64,000 nucleotides of DNA from Alphaproteobacteria bacterium. GTDB lineage: Bacteria > Pseudomonadota > Alphaproteobacteria > GM7ARS4 > G965262615. The notes under the pieces are model-generated. The model was not told where the DNA came from and made no database searches. It was given only the letters and a program-made list of their open reading frames with translations. The stretch is taken from NCBI GenBank assembly GCA_965262615.1, contig OZ253545.1, forward strand, positions 640,001 through 704,000, read 5' to 3'. Of this stretch, positions 29,781-39,467 are shown piece by piece (within the stretch, counting starts at the first letter, position 1; each line of letters opens with the position of its first letter). Position numbers and translations under genes: made by a program.

Positions 29781-30167
29781 ATGACATCATGGCACAGGCA
29801 CTGGTTGTGGCTATGGACGCTGTGTGTGGTGACGGCATCGGTGAGCCATGCTCGTCCCATTGACCATGAGGCGGCGCATTTGCGGGTGTTGGATAAGGTG
29901 GCGGGCGATACCCAATTGCTCGCCATTGCCATTGGGGACATTGTGTCCTTTCGTTCCATTCAATTGTTGGTGCTGGCGTGTTACACGCAGCCGCCTGAGA
30001 AAACGCCCGAATCCGCCGCATGGATTGAGGTCTATAAGGATGATGAGGCTTTGTTCAAGGGGTGGATGTTTGCCTCCAGCCCCGCCCTCTCCTCTATGGA
30101 GCATGATGTCTATGATGTGTGGCTGGTGGATTGTGCCAAGACGGACAAAACAGACCCAGACAATTGA
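29781..30167 (+). CDS. DUF2155-family exported protein
   Basis: LRVLDKV, C...PPE..PE.AA and FKGWMFASSPALSSMEHDVYDVWL.DC. Confidence 0.88.
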   Translation: MTSWHRHWLWLWTLCVVTASVSHARPIDHEAAHLRVLDKVAGDTQLLAIAIGDIVSFRSIQLLVLACYTQPPEKTPESAAWIEVYKDDEALFKGWMFASSPALSSMEHDVYDVWLVDCAKTDKTDPDN

Positions 30168-30766
30168 CGCGCGAAGGTTTTGGGTTGCTGCACAGCCGTG
30201 CGTAGCCGAGTGAGGTAATCTTTGCGCGTTATTTCAATCGCGCCAAATCGCTGTAAATGATGATTGAGAAATTGCACATCCAACAATGTGCATTGGCTTT
30301 GTTTGAGGTGAGCGATGAGATAGCACAGGGCGACTTTACTGCTTTCGCTCACCCGTGAGAACATGGTCTCTCCCGCAAAAAAGCCACCGATGTGAATGCC
30401 ATAGAGTCCGCCCACCAGTTGATTGTTCTGCCAGCACTCCACCGAATGGGCGTGTCCCATTTTATAGAGTTCCATGTGCATTTCTTGAATGGGCGGGGTG
30501 AGCCAAGTGTCATGACGCTCTTCACAGCGTTCGGCACAGGCGCGCACCACCCGCTCAAAGGAGCGGTCTATGTGAACATCAAAGGGATGTTTTTTCAGCA
30601 CCCGCTTCATGCTGCGAGACACATGAAACCGATGGAGAGGCAGAATGCCGCGCTGTTCGGGGTCAACCCACAAAACGCGATCCGAAGTGTACGAAGCCGC
30701 CATGGGAAACAAGCCGCAGGCATAGGCATGCAGAAGCATTTGCGGTCCCAGCAGTGGCAGACTCAT
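30110..30766 (-). CDS. aat: Leucyl/phenylalanyl-tRNA--protein transferase
   Basis: LLHAYACGLFPMA, GHAHSVECW, LVGGLYG, FAGETMFS, SKVAL and LLDVQF. Confidence 0.95.
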   Translation of the reverse strand: MSLPLLGPQMLLHAYACGLFPMAASYTSDRVLWVDPEQRGILPLHRFHVSRSMKRVLKKHPFDVHIDRSFERVVRACAERCEERHDTWLTPPIQEMHMELYKMGHAHSVECWQNNQLVGGLYGIHIGGFFAGETMFSRVSESSKVALCYLIAHLKQSQCTLLDVQFLNHHLQRFGAIEITRKDYLTRLRTAVQQPKTFARQLSGSVLSVLAQSTSHTS

Positions 30767-32124
30767 GATGTATCCTCGCGCGTGTTTGGGCGTTGTTCCA
30801 GCCATTTTTCTAGCCATTTGGTGTCATAGGCACAATCAAGAAAAGTGGCGTTGCGAATAAGATCATTGTGTAGGGGAATGGTGGTTGAAATGCCGTCAAT
30901 GACGAATTCCTCAAGGGCGCGTTTAAGGCGCATGAGACATTCGTTGCGCGTCTTGCCGTGGGTGATGAGTTTGGCGATGAGGCTGTCATAATAGGGCGGA
31001 ATGCGATAGCCGGCATAGAGGGCGGAATCCACCCGCACGCCCAGTCCCCCTGGTGCGTGATAGTCTTGCACCACGCCGGGGGCGGGGGTGAAGTTTGTGG
31101 GGTCTTCGGCATTGATGCGGCACTCTATGGCGTGTCCTGCCAGTTCAATATCCGCTTGCGCCAGTTCCAGATGACGATGGGCGGCGACATTGATTTGTTC
31201 CCGCACGAGGTCAATCCCCGTGATCATCTCGGTGATGGGGTGTTCCACCTGCAGACGGGTGTTCATTTCCATGAAATACCACTGTCCATTGGCAAAAAGG
31301 AATTCAATCGTGCCCGTGCTGACATAGCCGATTTTTTGCGCCAGCGAGACGGCATCATGACAAATGGCATCGCGTATTTCTTTGTTGAGGGCTGGCGAAG
31401 GGGCTTCTTCCAAGACTTTTTGATGGCGACGCTGCAACGAGCATTCTCGCTCGCCCAGATGGAGCGTTGTGCCGTGATGGTCGGCGAGAATTTGCACTTC
31501 TATGTGACGGCTGGAGGGCAGAAATTTCTCCAAATAAAGCGTGTCATCGCCGAATCCTTTGAGTGCTTCTTGGCGTGCGAGGGGGATGAGTTCGGTGAGC
31601 TCGGTTTGATTGTGCGCGATTTTCATGCCTCTGCCGCCGCCGCCTGCGGACGCTTTGATCATGACGGGATAGCCAATGGTGTCGGCTTTTTTCGTGGCAT
31701 CACCCATATCATGGCTGATGTCGGCACCGGGGATGATGGGCACGCCTGCCTTTTGGGCGATGCGGCGCGCCTGAGCTTTATCGCCCATAGATTGAATGTG
31801 CTGCGCGGTGGGTCCAATCCAAGTGATGCCGTGGTCGGTGACCATTTGGGCAAACGCCGCGTTTTCTGACAAAAAGCCGATACCGGGGTGAATGGCATCG
31901 GCATTGGTGACCACGGCGGCGGATATGATGGCGGCGGTGTTGAGATAGCTCTGATTGGATGGCGAGGGCCCAATGCAGACGCTTTCATCGGCAAGGCGCA
32001 CATGCATGGCGTTGGCATCAATTTCCGAATGGACGGCAACGGTGCGCACGCCCATCTCGCGACAGGCTCGGTGCAGACGCAAAGCCGTTTCTCCTCTGTT
32101 GGCGATGAGAATTTTGTCAAACAC
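30763..32124 (-). CDS. accC: Acetyl-CoA carboxylase biotin carboxylase subunit
   Basis: KILIANRGE, GGGGRGM, RECSLQRRHQK, EMNTRLQVEHP and YYDSLIAKLI. Confidence 0.98.
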   Translation of the reverse strand: MFDKILIANRGETALRLHRACREMGVRTVAVHSEIDANAMHVRLADESVCIGPSPSNQSYLNTAAIISAAVVTNADAIHPGIGFLSENAAFAQMVTDHGITWIGPTAQHIQSMGDKAQARRIAQKAGVPIIPGADISHDMGDATKKADTIGYPVMIKASAGGGGRGMKIAHNQTELTELIPLARQEALKGFGDDTLYLEKFLPSSRHIEVQILADHHGTTLHLGERECSLQRRHQKVLEEAPSPALNKEIRDAICHDAVSLAQKIGYVSTGTIEFLFANGQWYFMEMNTRLQVEHPITEMITGIDLVREQINVAAHRHLELAQADIELAGHAIECRINAEDPTNFTPAPGVVQDYHAPGGLGVRVDSALYAGYRIPPYYDSLIAKLITHGKTRNECLMRLKRALEEFVIDGISTTIPLHNDLIRNATFLDCAYDTKWLEKWLEQRPNTREDTS

Positions 32125-32144
32125 TTTTTTTTCAAAATGGCGTT

Positions 32145-32618
32145 TTAGGTGATGATGAGAAGCGTTTGTCCGTATTCCACGGGCTCGCCGTCCGTGACGA
32201 GAATGCGCCCCACCGTGCCATCGTGCGGCGCGGTCACGGGATTCATGGTTTTCATGGCTTCCACGATGAGCAGGGTTTGTCCGCTTTTGACCGCGCTGCC
32301 CTCCGTCACAAAGGGCGGCGCGCCGGGCTCGGGCGCGATGTAAATCGTTCCCACCAGTGGCGCGGTGACAGCCGTGCCCTCTGGCGATGCGGGGGTGTCC
32401 TGTGTGGCGGGCGCGGCGGCGACAGGCGCGGGCATGGGTGCGGGCATGGCGACTCCACCGCGAGTCAGCTCAATTGACACATCCTTGTTGGCATAGCTGA
32501 GAGATGTCAGCTGATGGTGCACCATGGCATCGGCGAGCTCATCTATCAGCGCGATGTCTTGCGATTTGTTTTTTTGTTTTGCTTCACGGTTTTTTGGTGT
32601 TTTTTTCTTGTCGCTCAT
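32145..32618 (-). CDS. accB: Biotin carboxyl carrier protein
   Basis: Ala/Pro-rich linker and the EAMKTMN biotinylation motif. Confidence 0.96.
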   Translation of the reverse strand: MSDKKKTPKNREAKQKNKSQDIALIDELADAMVHHQLTSLSYANKDVSIELTRGGVAMPAPMPAPVAAAPATQDTPASPEGTAVTAPLVGTIYIAPEPGAPPFVTEGSAVKSGQTLLIVEAMKTMNPVTAPHDGTVGRILVTDGEPVEYGQTLLIIT

Positions 32619-33073
32619 GATGAATCTCCTGCTCGCGATGATAGCATTGTTTGCACCGCATCTAAAGCCAGAATATAGCCATGACTTCCAAGCCCGCAGA
32701 TGATGCCGTCCGCCCGCTGGCTCACATAAGAATGATGACGATAGGATTCCCGCTTGAATATGTTGGACAGATGCACCTCAATGACAAATCCTGTGTAGGC
32801 ATTCAAAGCATCCAGCAGCGCAATGGAGGTATGACTCAGCGCAGCAGCATTGACGATGATGGCAGAGGTTTCTTGGGTTATGGCGGTTTGTATATGGTCA
32901 ATCATGGCGGCTTCGTCATTGCTATGAGAAAAAGTGATGAATTCACCAAGCGATGAATGCGCGCGGCATTTGGCTTCAATATCGCTCAGAGTCTCCGTGC
33001 CATAAATGTGCGGCTCACGAGTCCCTAAGAGATTGAGATTAGGCCCATTAAGAACAAGAATTTTTTGGCTCAT
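32615..33073 (-). CDS. aroQ: Type II 3-dehydroquinate dehydratase
   Basis: LNGPNLNLLGTREPHIYG, HTSIAL.DA and EVHLSNI.KRE. Confidence 0.96.
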   Translation of the reverse strand: MSQKILVLNGPNLNLLGTREPHIYGTETLSDIEAKCRAHSSLGEFITFSHSNDEAAMIDHIQTAITQETSAIIVNAAALSHTSIALLDALNAYTGFVIEVHLSNIFKRESYRHHSYVSQRADGIICGLGSHGYILALDAVQTMLSSRAGDSS

Positions 33074-33092
33074 GATTTGTTTTTAGCACAAA

Positions 33093-34478
33093 TTAATTTT
33101 TTTTGAAAATCTTGTCATGATGATATTTCAAATAGTGCTTGTGTTGGTCTGTGAGCTTGCTGGCATCAATTCTCATATCGTTTGTAATGCCAAGCAATTC
33201 GTGATTGGCAAAATGTTTTGAAATCTCAATTGTGCCGTCATCATTAAAAGTGATGAAGCCTTTATCAAAAGCTGCGTCCAAATTGGGTGAGAGCAACAGC
33301 CCGTTGTATCGGTCAAGGCGTTCTTCATTGTTAGATTCTTTCCAAGACTTAATGTGGGATGCTCGCAATAATTTTTTGTTATTGAACGATGTCACGGCGC
33401 ATCTGTCACGCCAATATGCCAGCAACTTGTCTCTGAATTCCCCTTGTCCCACACGCGCTTTGCCGATGGTTAGTTTCTCGGTGTAGGGTTTATTGCTGTT
33501 ATAAACTTTTTGTAGTTCTCGTTTTTCTTCTTCTTTTTCTTTTTTCGTTCGGGTGTCATCCAGCTCAATAAGATTGAGATGAGTTTCATGATGTTTTTCA
33601 TATCGTTCTTTTGTTTTCCGCTCTTTAGAAGCAATTTTCTCCATTTTTGCATTGATATCATGGTCGCGATAGGCGGCGCGAGAAATGAGGGGAAATGTAC
33701 GAATAGGGTAGTGTTCATCAGAGGATATTTTTGTTTTTACTTCATTGAGAAATTTAATATAAGCAGAACCACTGATATATTTCCCAGATTTTTTGAGTTC
33801 TAGGTATTTCCCATATTTTTTGTGTTCTAGGTTAAGTTTGCTTTTTATGTAGTTACAACAGGGGTCGTCCAAAGATAGAAATGTATAGGGGCGTAGCCAA
33901 AAAAGAGCTCCCGTGAGTGTCGGCTTGCCAAAGCCATAAATTTTTATTGCTTTATTAAAGCCTTCTTCAAATTGAGTTGTGTTAGAGCCATCTGTATTTG
34001 CCCATTCAATTGCCTCTGCAAAGAAGTCCCATAAAATATCTATATCCCCAGGTTTTATTTTTAGTGGGTCAGCCATGACTTTGCGGTGGTTGAGAAGAGT
34101 TGGAATTCCTCTGAAATGAAGAGGTTCGCTTGATTTTAATTTTTGTTCTAAATTGGGGGCATCAAGCACTTTTGACCAGAAAAGAAGTGTGTTTTTTCTG
34201 CGTTCTATATTAATGTTATTAGGGTCACCGTTCTCGTCTTTTCCATGTTTGTAGTTAAGAGTGCCCATGGCAGTGAAGGGGTCAATATCTGTCATACTCC
34301 CTTTTTTTGTGCGGTTATTAAATGCATCAAGTAAAGACTTAATCCATTCGTTTTTTTTAGTTTTGTTAGCTTCTGTCATGCGAGCTAATAATTCTTGCCT
34401 TTTGCTCTTGCTTCCATATGCCAATAATTCATTGGCAAAAGTTTCATATAAATCTGTCCATTCAAATTCGTTTTTCAT
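33093..34478 (-). CDS. Putative restriction endonuclease: McrB-N-terminus-like domain fused to an HNH nuclease; AT-rich, probably horizontally acquired
   Basis: C-terminal R.GQ..FR..L..YW..CAVT...ASHIK.W...ERLD.YNGLLL...D.AFDKG.ITF. N-terminal W..Y..FA..LL, IDPFT, GIP.L and LFW.RP..FL.LD. Visibly AT-rich. Confidence 0.8.
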   Translation of the reverse strand: MKNEFEWTDLYETFANELLAYGSKSKRQELLARMTEANKTKKNEWIKSLLDAFNNRTKKGSMTDIDPFTAMGTLNYKHGKDENGDPNNINIERRKNTLLFWSKVLDAPNLEQKLKSSEPLHFRGIPTLLNHRKVMADPLKIKPGDIDILWDFFAEAIEWANTDGSNTTQFEEGFNKAIKIYGFGKPTLTGALFWLRPYTFLSLDDPCCNYIKSKLNLEHKKYGKYLELKKSGKYISGSAYIKFLNEVKTKISSDEHYPIRTFPLISRAAYRDHDINAKMEKIASKERKTKERYEKHHETHLNLIELDDTRTKKEKEEEKRELQKVYNSNKPYTEKLTIGKARVGQGEFRDKLLAYWRDRCAVTSFNNKKLLRASHIKSWKESNNEERLDRYNGLLLSPNLDAAFDKGFITFNDDGTIEISKHFANHELLGITNDMRIDASKLTDQHKHYLKYHHDKIFKKN

Positions 34479-34602
34479 GATTACAACCAAGCGAACAAGG
34501 TTGCGAAGAGGAGCAAGGCGGCAAGTGCAATGACGCAGAACAAAATCCCTTTGATGAAGCCGATTATAAAATCTTCCATGATTGCTACATGATACCAAAT
34601 CA

Positions 34603-34631
34603 TTGTCACAGTGACAACAACTTGCTATGAC
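34603..34631 (+). promoter_or_regulatory. Putative sigma70 promoter of efp (leaderless geometry)
   Basis: TTGTCA-N17-TATGAC with a TG extension, then 7 nt to ATG 34639. No SD. Confidence 0.5.
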
Positions 34632-34638
34632 ACATCTC

Positions 34639-35211
34639 ATGAAAGTCACTGCTATTACGATTCGTCCGGGTCATGTTGTTGAGCATGAGGGTAAATACTG
34701 GCTGATTTTGAAGAACACCATTTTGCAGCCGGGCAAGGGGGGTGCGTTTGTGCAGGTGGAGATGCGTGATTTGAAAAGCGGCAACAAGATGAATCATCGC
34801 TGGCGCACTCAAGAAAATGTGGAGCGCGCTCATACTGAGGAACGTCCCGCCACCTTTCTCTTTGCCGAGGGCGATGCTCTGACTTTTATGGATCAACACA
34901 CCTACGACCAGCACCAAGTTTCATCCACCATTGTGGGTGATGCGCGCCAGTTTCTCACCGATGGCATGGCGGTGACGCTGGATTTTATCGCTGGCGACCT
35001 TGTGGGCGTTCGTCTGCCGCCGATGCTCACCGTGACGGTTGCCGAGTGCGAGCCGGTGGTCAAGGGACAAACCGCGTCCTCCTCCTACAAGCCTGCGGTG
35101 CTGGACAATGGGGTGCGCATTATGGTGCCGCCGCACATCACTGTGGGGATGAAAATCGTCATCAACAGCAGCGACCTCAGCTATGCCGAGCGCGCCAAAG
35201 ATCAAACCTAA
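34639..35211 (+). CDS. efp: Elongation factor P (Lys-type loop)
   Basis: QPGKGGAFVQ, FMD..TY.Q, VKGQTASSSYKPA and VPP.I. Confidence 0.97.
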   Translation: MKVTAITIRPGHVVEHEGKYWLILKNTILQPGKGGAFVQVEMRDLKSGNKMNHRWRTQENVERAHTEERPATFLFAEGDALTFMDQHTYDQHQVSSTIVGDARQFLTDGMAVTLDFIAGDLVGVRLPPMLTVTVAECEPVVKGQTASSSYKPAVLDNGVRIMVPPHITVGMKIVINSSDLSYAERAKDQT

Positions 35212-36027
35212 ATGGCAAGCCCCGCCGCCCAGCTGCGTCTCATGAGCCGCGCCTGCCGCGCCGCCGCCGATGGACTCATTCGCGATTTCGGTGAGGTGGA
35301 GGCTCTGCAAACATCCATCAAGGGGGTGGAGGAATTTGTCTCTCGCGCCGACCGCATGGCAGAAAAACGCATCATAGATGTGCTGCACGAGGCACGACCC
35401 AATGTCACCATTCTCACCGAATCGCGAGGATGGCAGCACGAAGACACGCCGCGCTGGATTGTCAATCCACTGGACGGCACGCTCAATTTCTTTCGCGCCA
35501 TTCCCCACTGGGCAATCTCCATCGCCTATGAGGAAGAGGGCGTCATCACCGCAGGGGTGATTCATGATGTGCTGCACGGCGAAAAATTCACCGCCCACCG
35601 CGGCGATGGCGCGTTCCTCAACGACACTCGCATTCGTGTCAACACGCAAAAAGACTTTGATAAACTTCTTGTGGCAACAGGAATCAAAGGGGGACAATCG
35701 GACAATGCCCGCTCAATTCTCACGCGCCAACTGGCAATCATGATGAACCAAACAGCAGGGGTGCGGCGATTCGGTGCGGCATCGCTGGACATGGCATGGG
35801 TCGCCTGCGGACGGCTGGACGCCTTCTGGGAAGACGACATTCAGCCGTGGGATGTGGCGGCGGGCATCATCATTGCTCGTGAGGCGGGCGCAATCTGCTG
35901 CGACTACACCACCACCAAAAAAATGGACGACCACCAATTGCTCACAGCCAAACGCATCCTCGCGGTGTCATCACACCAAAGCCGCGCGGTGAGTCGCATG
36001 TTGCGTGATGCCCAACAAGTCGCATGA
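35212..36027 (+). CDS. suhB: Inositol monophosphatase SuhB
   Basis: LIRDFGEVE.LQ.S.KG, WIVNPLDGTLNF (N in place of the usual first D), RRFGAASLD and WDVAAG. Confidence 0.9.
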   Translation: MASPAAQLRLMSRACRAAADGLIRDFGEVEALQTSIKGVEEFVSRADRMAEKRIIDVLHEARPNVTILTESRGWQHEDTPRWIVNPLDGTLNFFRAIPHWAISIAYEEEGVITAGVIHDVLHGEKFTAHRGDGAFLNDTRIRVNTQKDFDKLLVATGIKGGQSDNARSILTRQLAIMMNQTAGVRRFGAASLDMAWVACGRLDAFWEDDIQPWDVAAGIIIAREAGAICCDYTTTKKMDDHQLLTAKRILAVSSHQSRAVSRMLRDAQQVA

Positions 36028-36774
36028 GCGTTCTGCCAAAATATCCGCCAACAAATCATGCGCCCCCAACCACGAACACAAATAATAATGATGATGATGA
36101 CGAGACTTCATAGCGCGCTGCCACGCATCGCGAATGCGGCGCGTCAGCAAGCCCGCAAACAAAAGATAGGGCAGAATCATCACATGACGCGCGTGCTCGC
36201 TCGCCTGCTGCAAGCCCTCATCAATGGTGGGGCGCGCCAAGCCGGCAAAACAACTCAATGCGCGATAGCCGCAAGCTTGTTCCATCATGGCAACCAGCGC
36301 GCGCAATTGGTCATTGACCGCCTCATCGCCATTGCCGCGCCCCACCACCAGCAACACGGTGTCATCGGCAGGAGGCGCGGGGTTCGGCAAACTCTCGGCA
36401 ATGCGCTGGCGCACAATGGCAAGCATACGCTCATCAAATCCAATGTCGCCACCATTGACAATGGTCATGGAGGAATGATGGCGATGGAAGTCTTCGCTGA
36501 TGGCGGGAATATCACGGCGAGCATGGTGTCCAGCGAGCAGCATCATGGGCATCATCGCCACAGTGTCCACACCCTCCTCATGCAACCGATGCAATGTCGC
36601 AGGCAGGGTGGGCTCATTGAACTCCAAATAGCCAAGACGCACCCGCACAGACAAACCACAGCGATGCGCGATTTTCTCGCGCAATGTCTCGCATTCGCTC
36701 ATCGCCTCGCCGTCACGACTGCCATGACCGCACAGAACAATGCCCAAAGAGGAATGTGATGGGTGAGCCGTCAT
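35971..36774 (-). CDS. cbiX: Sirohydrochlorin chelatase CbiX
   Basis: CGHGSRD, GYLEF.EP, AGHH.RRDIP, VGRG and PYLLF.G. Confidence 0.88.
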   Translation of the reverse strand: MTAHPSHSSLGIVLCGHGSRDGEAMSECETLREKIAHRCGLSVRVRLGYLEFNEPTLPATLHRLHEEGVDTVAMMPMMLLAGHHARRDIPAISEDFHRHHSSMTIVNGGDIGFDERMLAIVRQRIAESLPNPAPPADDTVLLVVGRGNGDEAVNDQLRALVAMMEQACGYRALSCFAGLARPTIDEGLQQASEHARHVMILPYLLFAGLLTRRIRDAWQRAMKSRHHHHYYLCSWLGAHDLLADILAERSCDLLGITQHATHRAALV

Positions 36775-37727
36775 TGTGTTTGCTGGCACTGGCTTTGGTG
36801 CTGGATTGTGTGTGGGGCGGTGTTTTGTGTCGTCACCCCATGAGGTTTCATCCCGTGCGGGTGATGGGGCGCGCAGTGGAGCTGTTCAATCGCTACGGCA
36901 ATCATCGGCATCATGGCATGGTGCTCGCGCGTGTCATTGGATTTGTGGGAGCGGTGACGCTCATTCTTATGGCGGCTGCTGTCGGATGGGTCGTGGAACA
37001 CGCCATCTTGCACAATGACAGGCAGTGGTTGCAGGCTATTCTCATTGCGTTCATTGCTTTGCATCTCGCTCCTCGTGAACTGCACATTCGCATGGCTGAT
37101 ATAGGGCAGGCTATGCAAAAGGGCAACATCAATCAAGCGCGTGATGGGCTCAAGCATCTGGTGGGACGCAAAACACAAAATCTATCATCCAGTGATATCG
37201 CTCGCGCCACCATTGAAAGCGGATTTGAAAACTTTGTGGATGGCGTGTTATCTCCAGTCTTTTGGTATGTGTGTGGCGGCGTGGCGGGGCTGTGTGCCTT
37301 CAAGATGGCAAGCACTTTGGATAGCATGATCGGCTATCGCACGCCTCTGTATCGCCATTTTGGTTGGGGCGCGGCGCGCATTGATGATGCCCTTACCATG
37401 ATTCCTGCGCGCCTGTCGGTGGTGTGGATCGCTTTTGCCAGTCTGTTTGTGGCGGGTAGCGATGGATGGCGCGCCCTCAAACGAGGATACAAAGATGGAC
37501 ATAAGCATGATTCTTTCAATGCCGGATACAGTGAAGCCGCGGCGGGCGGTGCGCTCAATGTGGCACTGGGAGGCACCCGTCATTATCAGGGGCGGGTTGT
37601 GCGGGACCCCTTCATTGGCGGTGACACCGTCACACTGACGCATCGGCATATCGGTCATGCTATTGTGCTGTATCAATCGGCTTGGATATGCCTTTGGGTC
37701 GCTTTTGCCAGCTTTTGTGTTGTGTAA
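36759..37727 (+). CDS. cobD: Adenosylcobinamide-phosphate synthase CbiB/CobD
   Basis: HPV..MG, LVGR.T, RATIES..EN..DGV..P.FW, TLDSMIGYR, AARIDD and NAGYSEAA. Confidence 0.92.
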   Translation: MGEPSLCLLALALVLDCVWGGVLCRHPMRFHPVRVMGRAVELFNRYGNHRHHGMVLARVIGFVGAVTLILMAAAVGWVVEHAILHNDRQWLQAILIAFIALHLAPRELHIRMADIGQAMQKGNINQARDGLKHLVGRKTQNLSSSDIARATIESGFENFVDGVLSPVFWYVCGGVAGLCAFKMASTLDSMIGYRTPLYRHFGWGAARIDDALTMIPARLSVVWIAFASLFVAGSDGWRALKRGYKDGHKHDSFNAGYSEAAAGGALNVALGGTRHYQGRVVRDPFIGGDTVTLTHRHIGHAIVLYQSAWICLWVAFASFCVV

Positions 37728-37795
37728 AATTTTAACAAAAGAAGCGCGTTCGGTAGCTTGTATTACGCGTCAATTTTCGGTAAAACAGAGTGTGA

Positions 37796-38626
37796 ATGAA
37801 GAATGACTTTGTGTGCTTTATAATCATAGCCACAGGAAAGGATGACGACATCATGACATGCGAGAACAAAAGGAATGATGAATCAGTGCTGACAAAATTC
37901 AGTCGTTGCGTGGGTGAAGTGAGTTCCTTTGCAGCGATGGTGGTTGCTGGTGTGCTGGTGCTGGGAAGCATGAGTGACGCACACGCGCAAAAGCAATATC
38001 GGGGGAGTCTTGTCAACTTGTTGGATGGCAGCTATATCGCTGTGGGCGGTGGCTATAGTTTTTCTGATTTAGCCCTCCACTATAACGGCACTCGCTATGG
38101 ACGGCTGCGAGACAGTGGGGCATTTTTGTCTGTGTCTTTGGGAACGGCGGATGTCATTGAGGAGCGGTATTATCTCGGATTGGAAATTCTGGCGGGGACA
38201 TCCGCTGCTGCGTCATCAACGGCGGGCAAGAGAATCTCTCCCTTACCCACGCGCGATGTGTCCATTGCTCTTGACCATGAATACAGTGTTGCGGCCTACC
38301 TCAAAGGGGGATTTTTCGTGGATAATGATGCATTGCTCTATATGATATTTGGATGGTCACGATCTGGCTATGATATCAAGACCATCACTCAAGATGCTGG
38401 CAGTGATCCGGTCTATCACAAGATTGATATTTTCATGGATGGCTTTGCGTGGGGACTTGGGTTTGAATATCCGGTGCTGGAGAACTTCAATGCCCGTATG
38501 CAGTATCGTCTCACCAGCTATTGGGAAGGGCAGACCTATTCCATCGCCAGCGGTGATGATGTGGGAACGACCGCGGATCAAAGCAATGAGCATCACTTCA
38601 CTTTCGGAATCGGCTATCAGTTTTGA
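37796..38626 (+). CDS. Outer-membrane beta-barrel protein (OmpA-like/Omp25 type), paralog 1
   Basis: Signal peptide ending AHA, G.Y...GGGY, GFAWGLGFEY, RMQYR and C-terminal GIGYQF. The true start is probably downstream (37853 or 37938). Confidence 0.8.
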   Translation: MKNDFVCFIIIATGKDDDIMTCENKRNDESVLTKFSRCVGEVSSFAAMVVAGVLVLGSMSDAHAQKQYRGSLVNLLDGSYIAVGGGYSFSDLALHYNGTRYGRLRDSGAFLSVSLGTADVIEERYYLGLEILAGTSAAASSTAGKRISPLPTRDVSIALDHEYSVAAYLKGGFFVDNDALLYMIFGWSRSGYDIKTITQDAGSDPVYHKIDIFMDGFAWGLGFEYPVLENFNARMQYRLTSYWEGQTYSIASGDDVGTTADQSNEHHFTFGIGYQF

Positions 38627-38643
38627 GGAGCGAGGATGACACA

Positions 38644-39462
38644 ATGAGTAAAATCACGAATAAAATCACGATGACACGGAGTTTGTTTTTTGCTGGGGCT
38701 TTGATGATGGTTGCGTCTTCGTCTCATGCTCTTCTTCCTTGGCAGCAAGGGGATGGATTCTATGTGGGCGTGGGCGGCGGTTATGGGTATGGCGATTTTC
38801 ATGCCGATCTCTCCACTGCCGATGGCGAACTCAGTGGTGACGGATTCACCGCTGACCCTGATAATGCCTTCGGGTCTCTCTATGCTGGCTATGGAGAAAT
38901 TTTTAATGAGCGGTATTATGTCGCCGCCGAATTTGGGCTCGGCTTGTGGGCGGGAGGAGATCGCTCCAACGCCGTTAATATACGACCCTACATTGATGAG
39001 GTTCTCAGCAGTGGTGCCAATGTTCCCTCTGTCATCAATGGACGATTTTTCGCTGAGCCCAAACAAGATTTCTCTATCTATTCTCGCGTGGGCTACCTTC
39101 TCCCAGAGGACAGGGGGCTTCTTTATCTGGTGCTGGGATGGACCTACGGTGTCCAGACGCTTTCCTTCAGCACGGAGGGCTTTACATCAGGCACAACTGC
39201 GATCCCTGCTTCGTTTGCCAGCGACAATGTGGGTTTGAGCTCCTTTACCTATGGCGCAGGATTGGAACTCCCTGTCGCAGACACCCTCGCCATGCGCATT
39301 CAATATCGCTACATTGACTTTGGCAGCAACGCCTTGGTCGCTTTGGATGATTTGAATGATCGGTGGCAATCAATCCTCGGTTCTGGTGAGTCACTGGGGC
39401 TCAGCAGCAGCTCTGGCAGTGGCACTCATGTTTTGAGTCTCGGTTTGGGCTATTTCTTCTAA
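38644..39462 (+). CDS. Outer-membrane beta-barrel protein, paralog 2
   Basis: Signal peptide ending SHA, GFYVGVGGGYG, YGAGLE, RIQYRYIDFG and C-terminal GLGYFF. Confidence 0.85.
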   Translation: MSKITNKITMTRSLFFAGALMMVASSSHALLPWQQGDGFYVGVGGGYGYGDFHADLSTADGELSGDGFTADPDNAFGSLYAGYGEIFNERYYVAAEFGLGLWAGGDRSNAVNIRPYIDEVLSSGANVPSVINGRFFAEPKQDFSIYSRVGYLLPEDRGLLYLVLGWTYGVQTLSFSTEGFTSGTTAIPASFASDNVGLSSFTYGAGLELPVADTLAMRIQYRYIDFGSNALVALDDLNDRWQSILGSGESLGLSSSSGSGTHVLSLGLGYFF

Positions 39463-39467
39463 TCTGA

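Noticed and set aside
34639-36774. Apparent local switch in strand composition (C/A-rich plus strand over efp-suhB-cbiX), suggesting an inversion
   Set aside because: Visual impression only. It needs a computed GC-skew profile, and no breakpoint repeats were seen.
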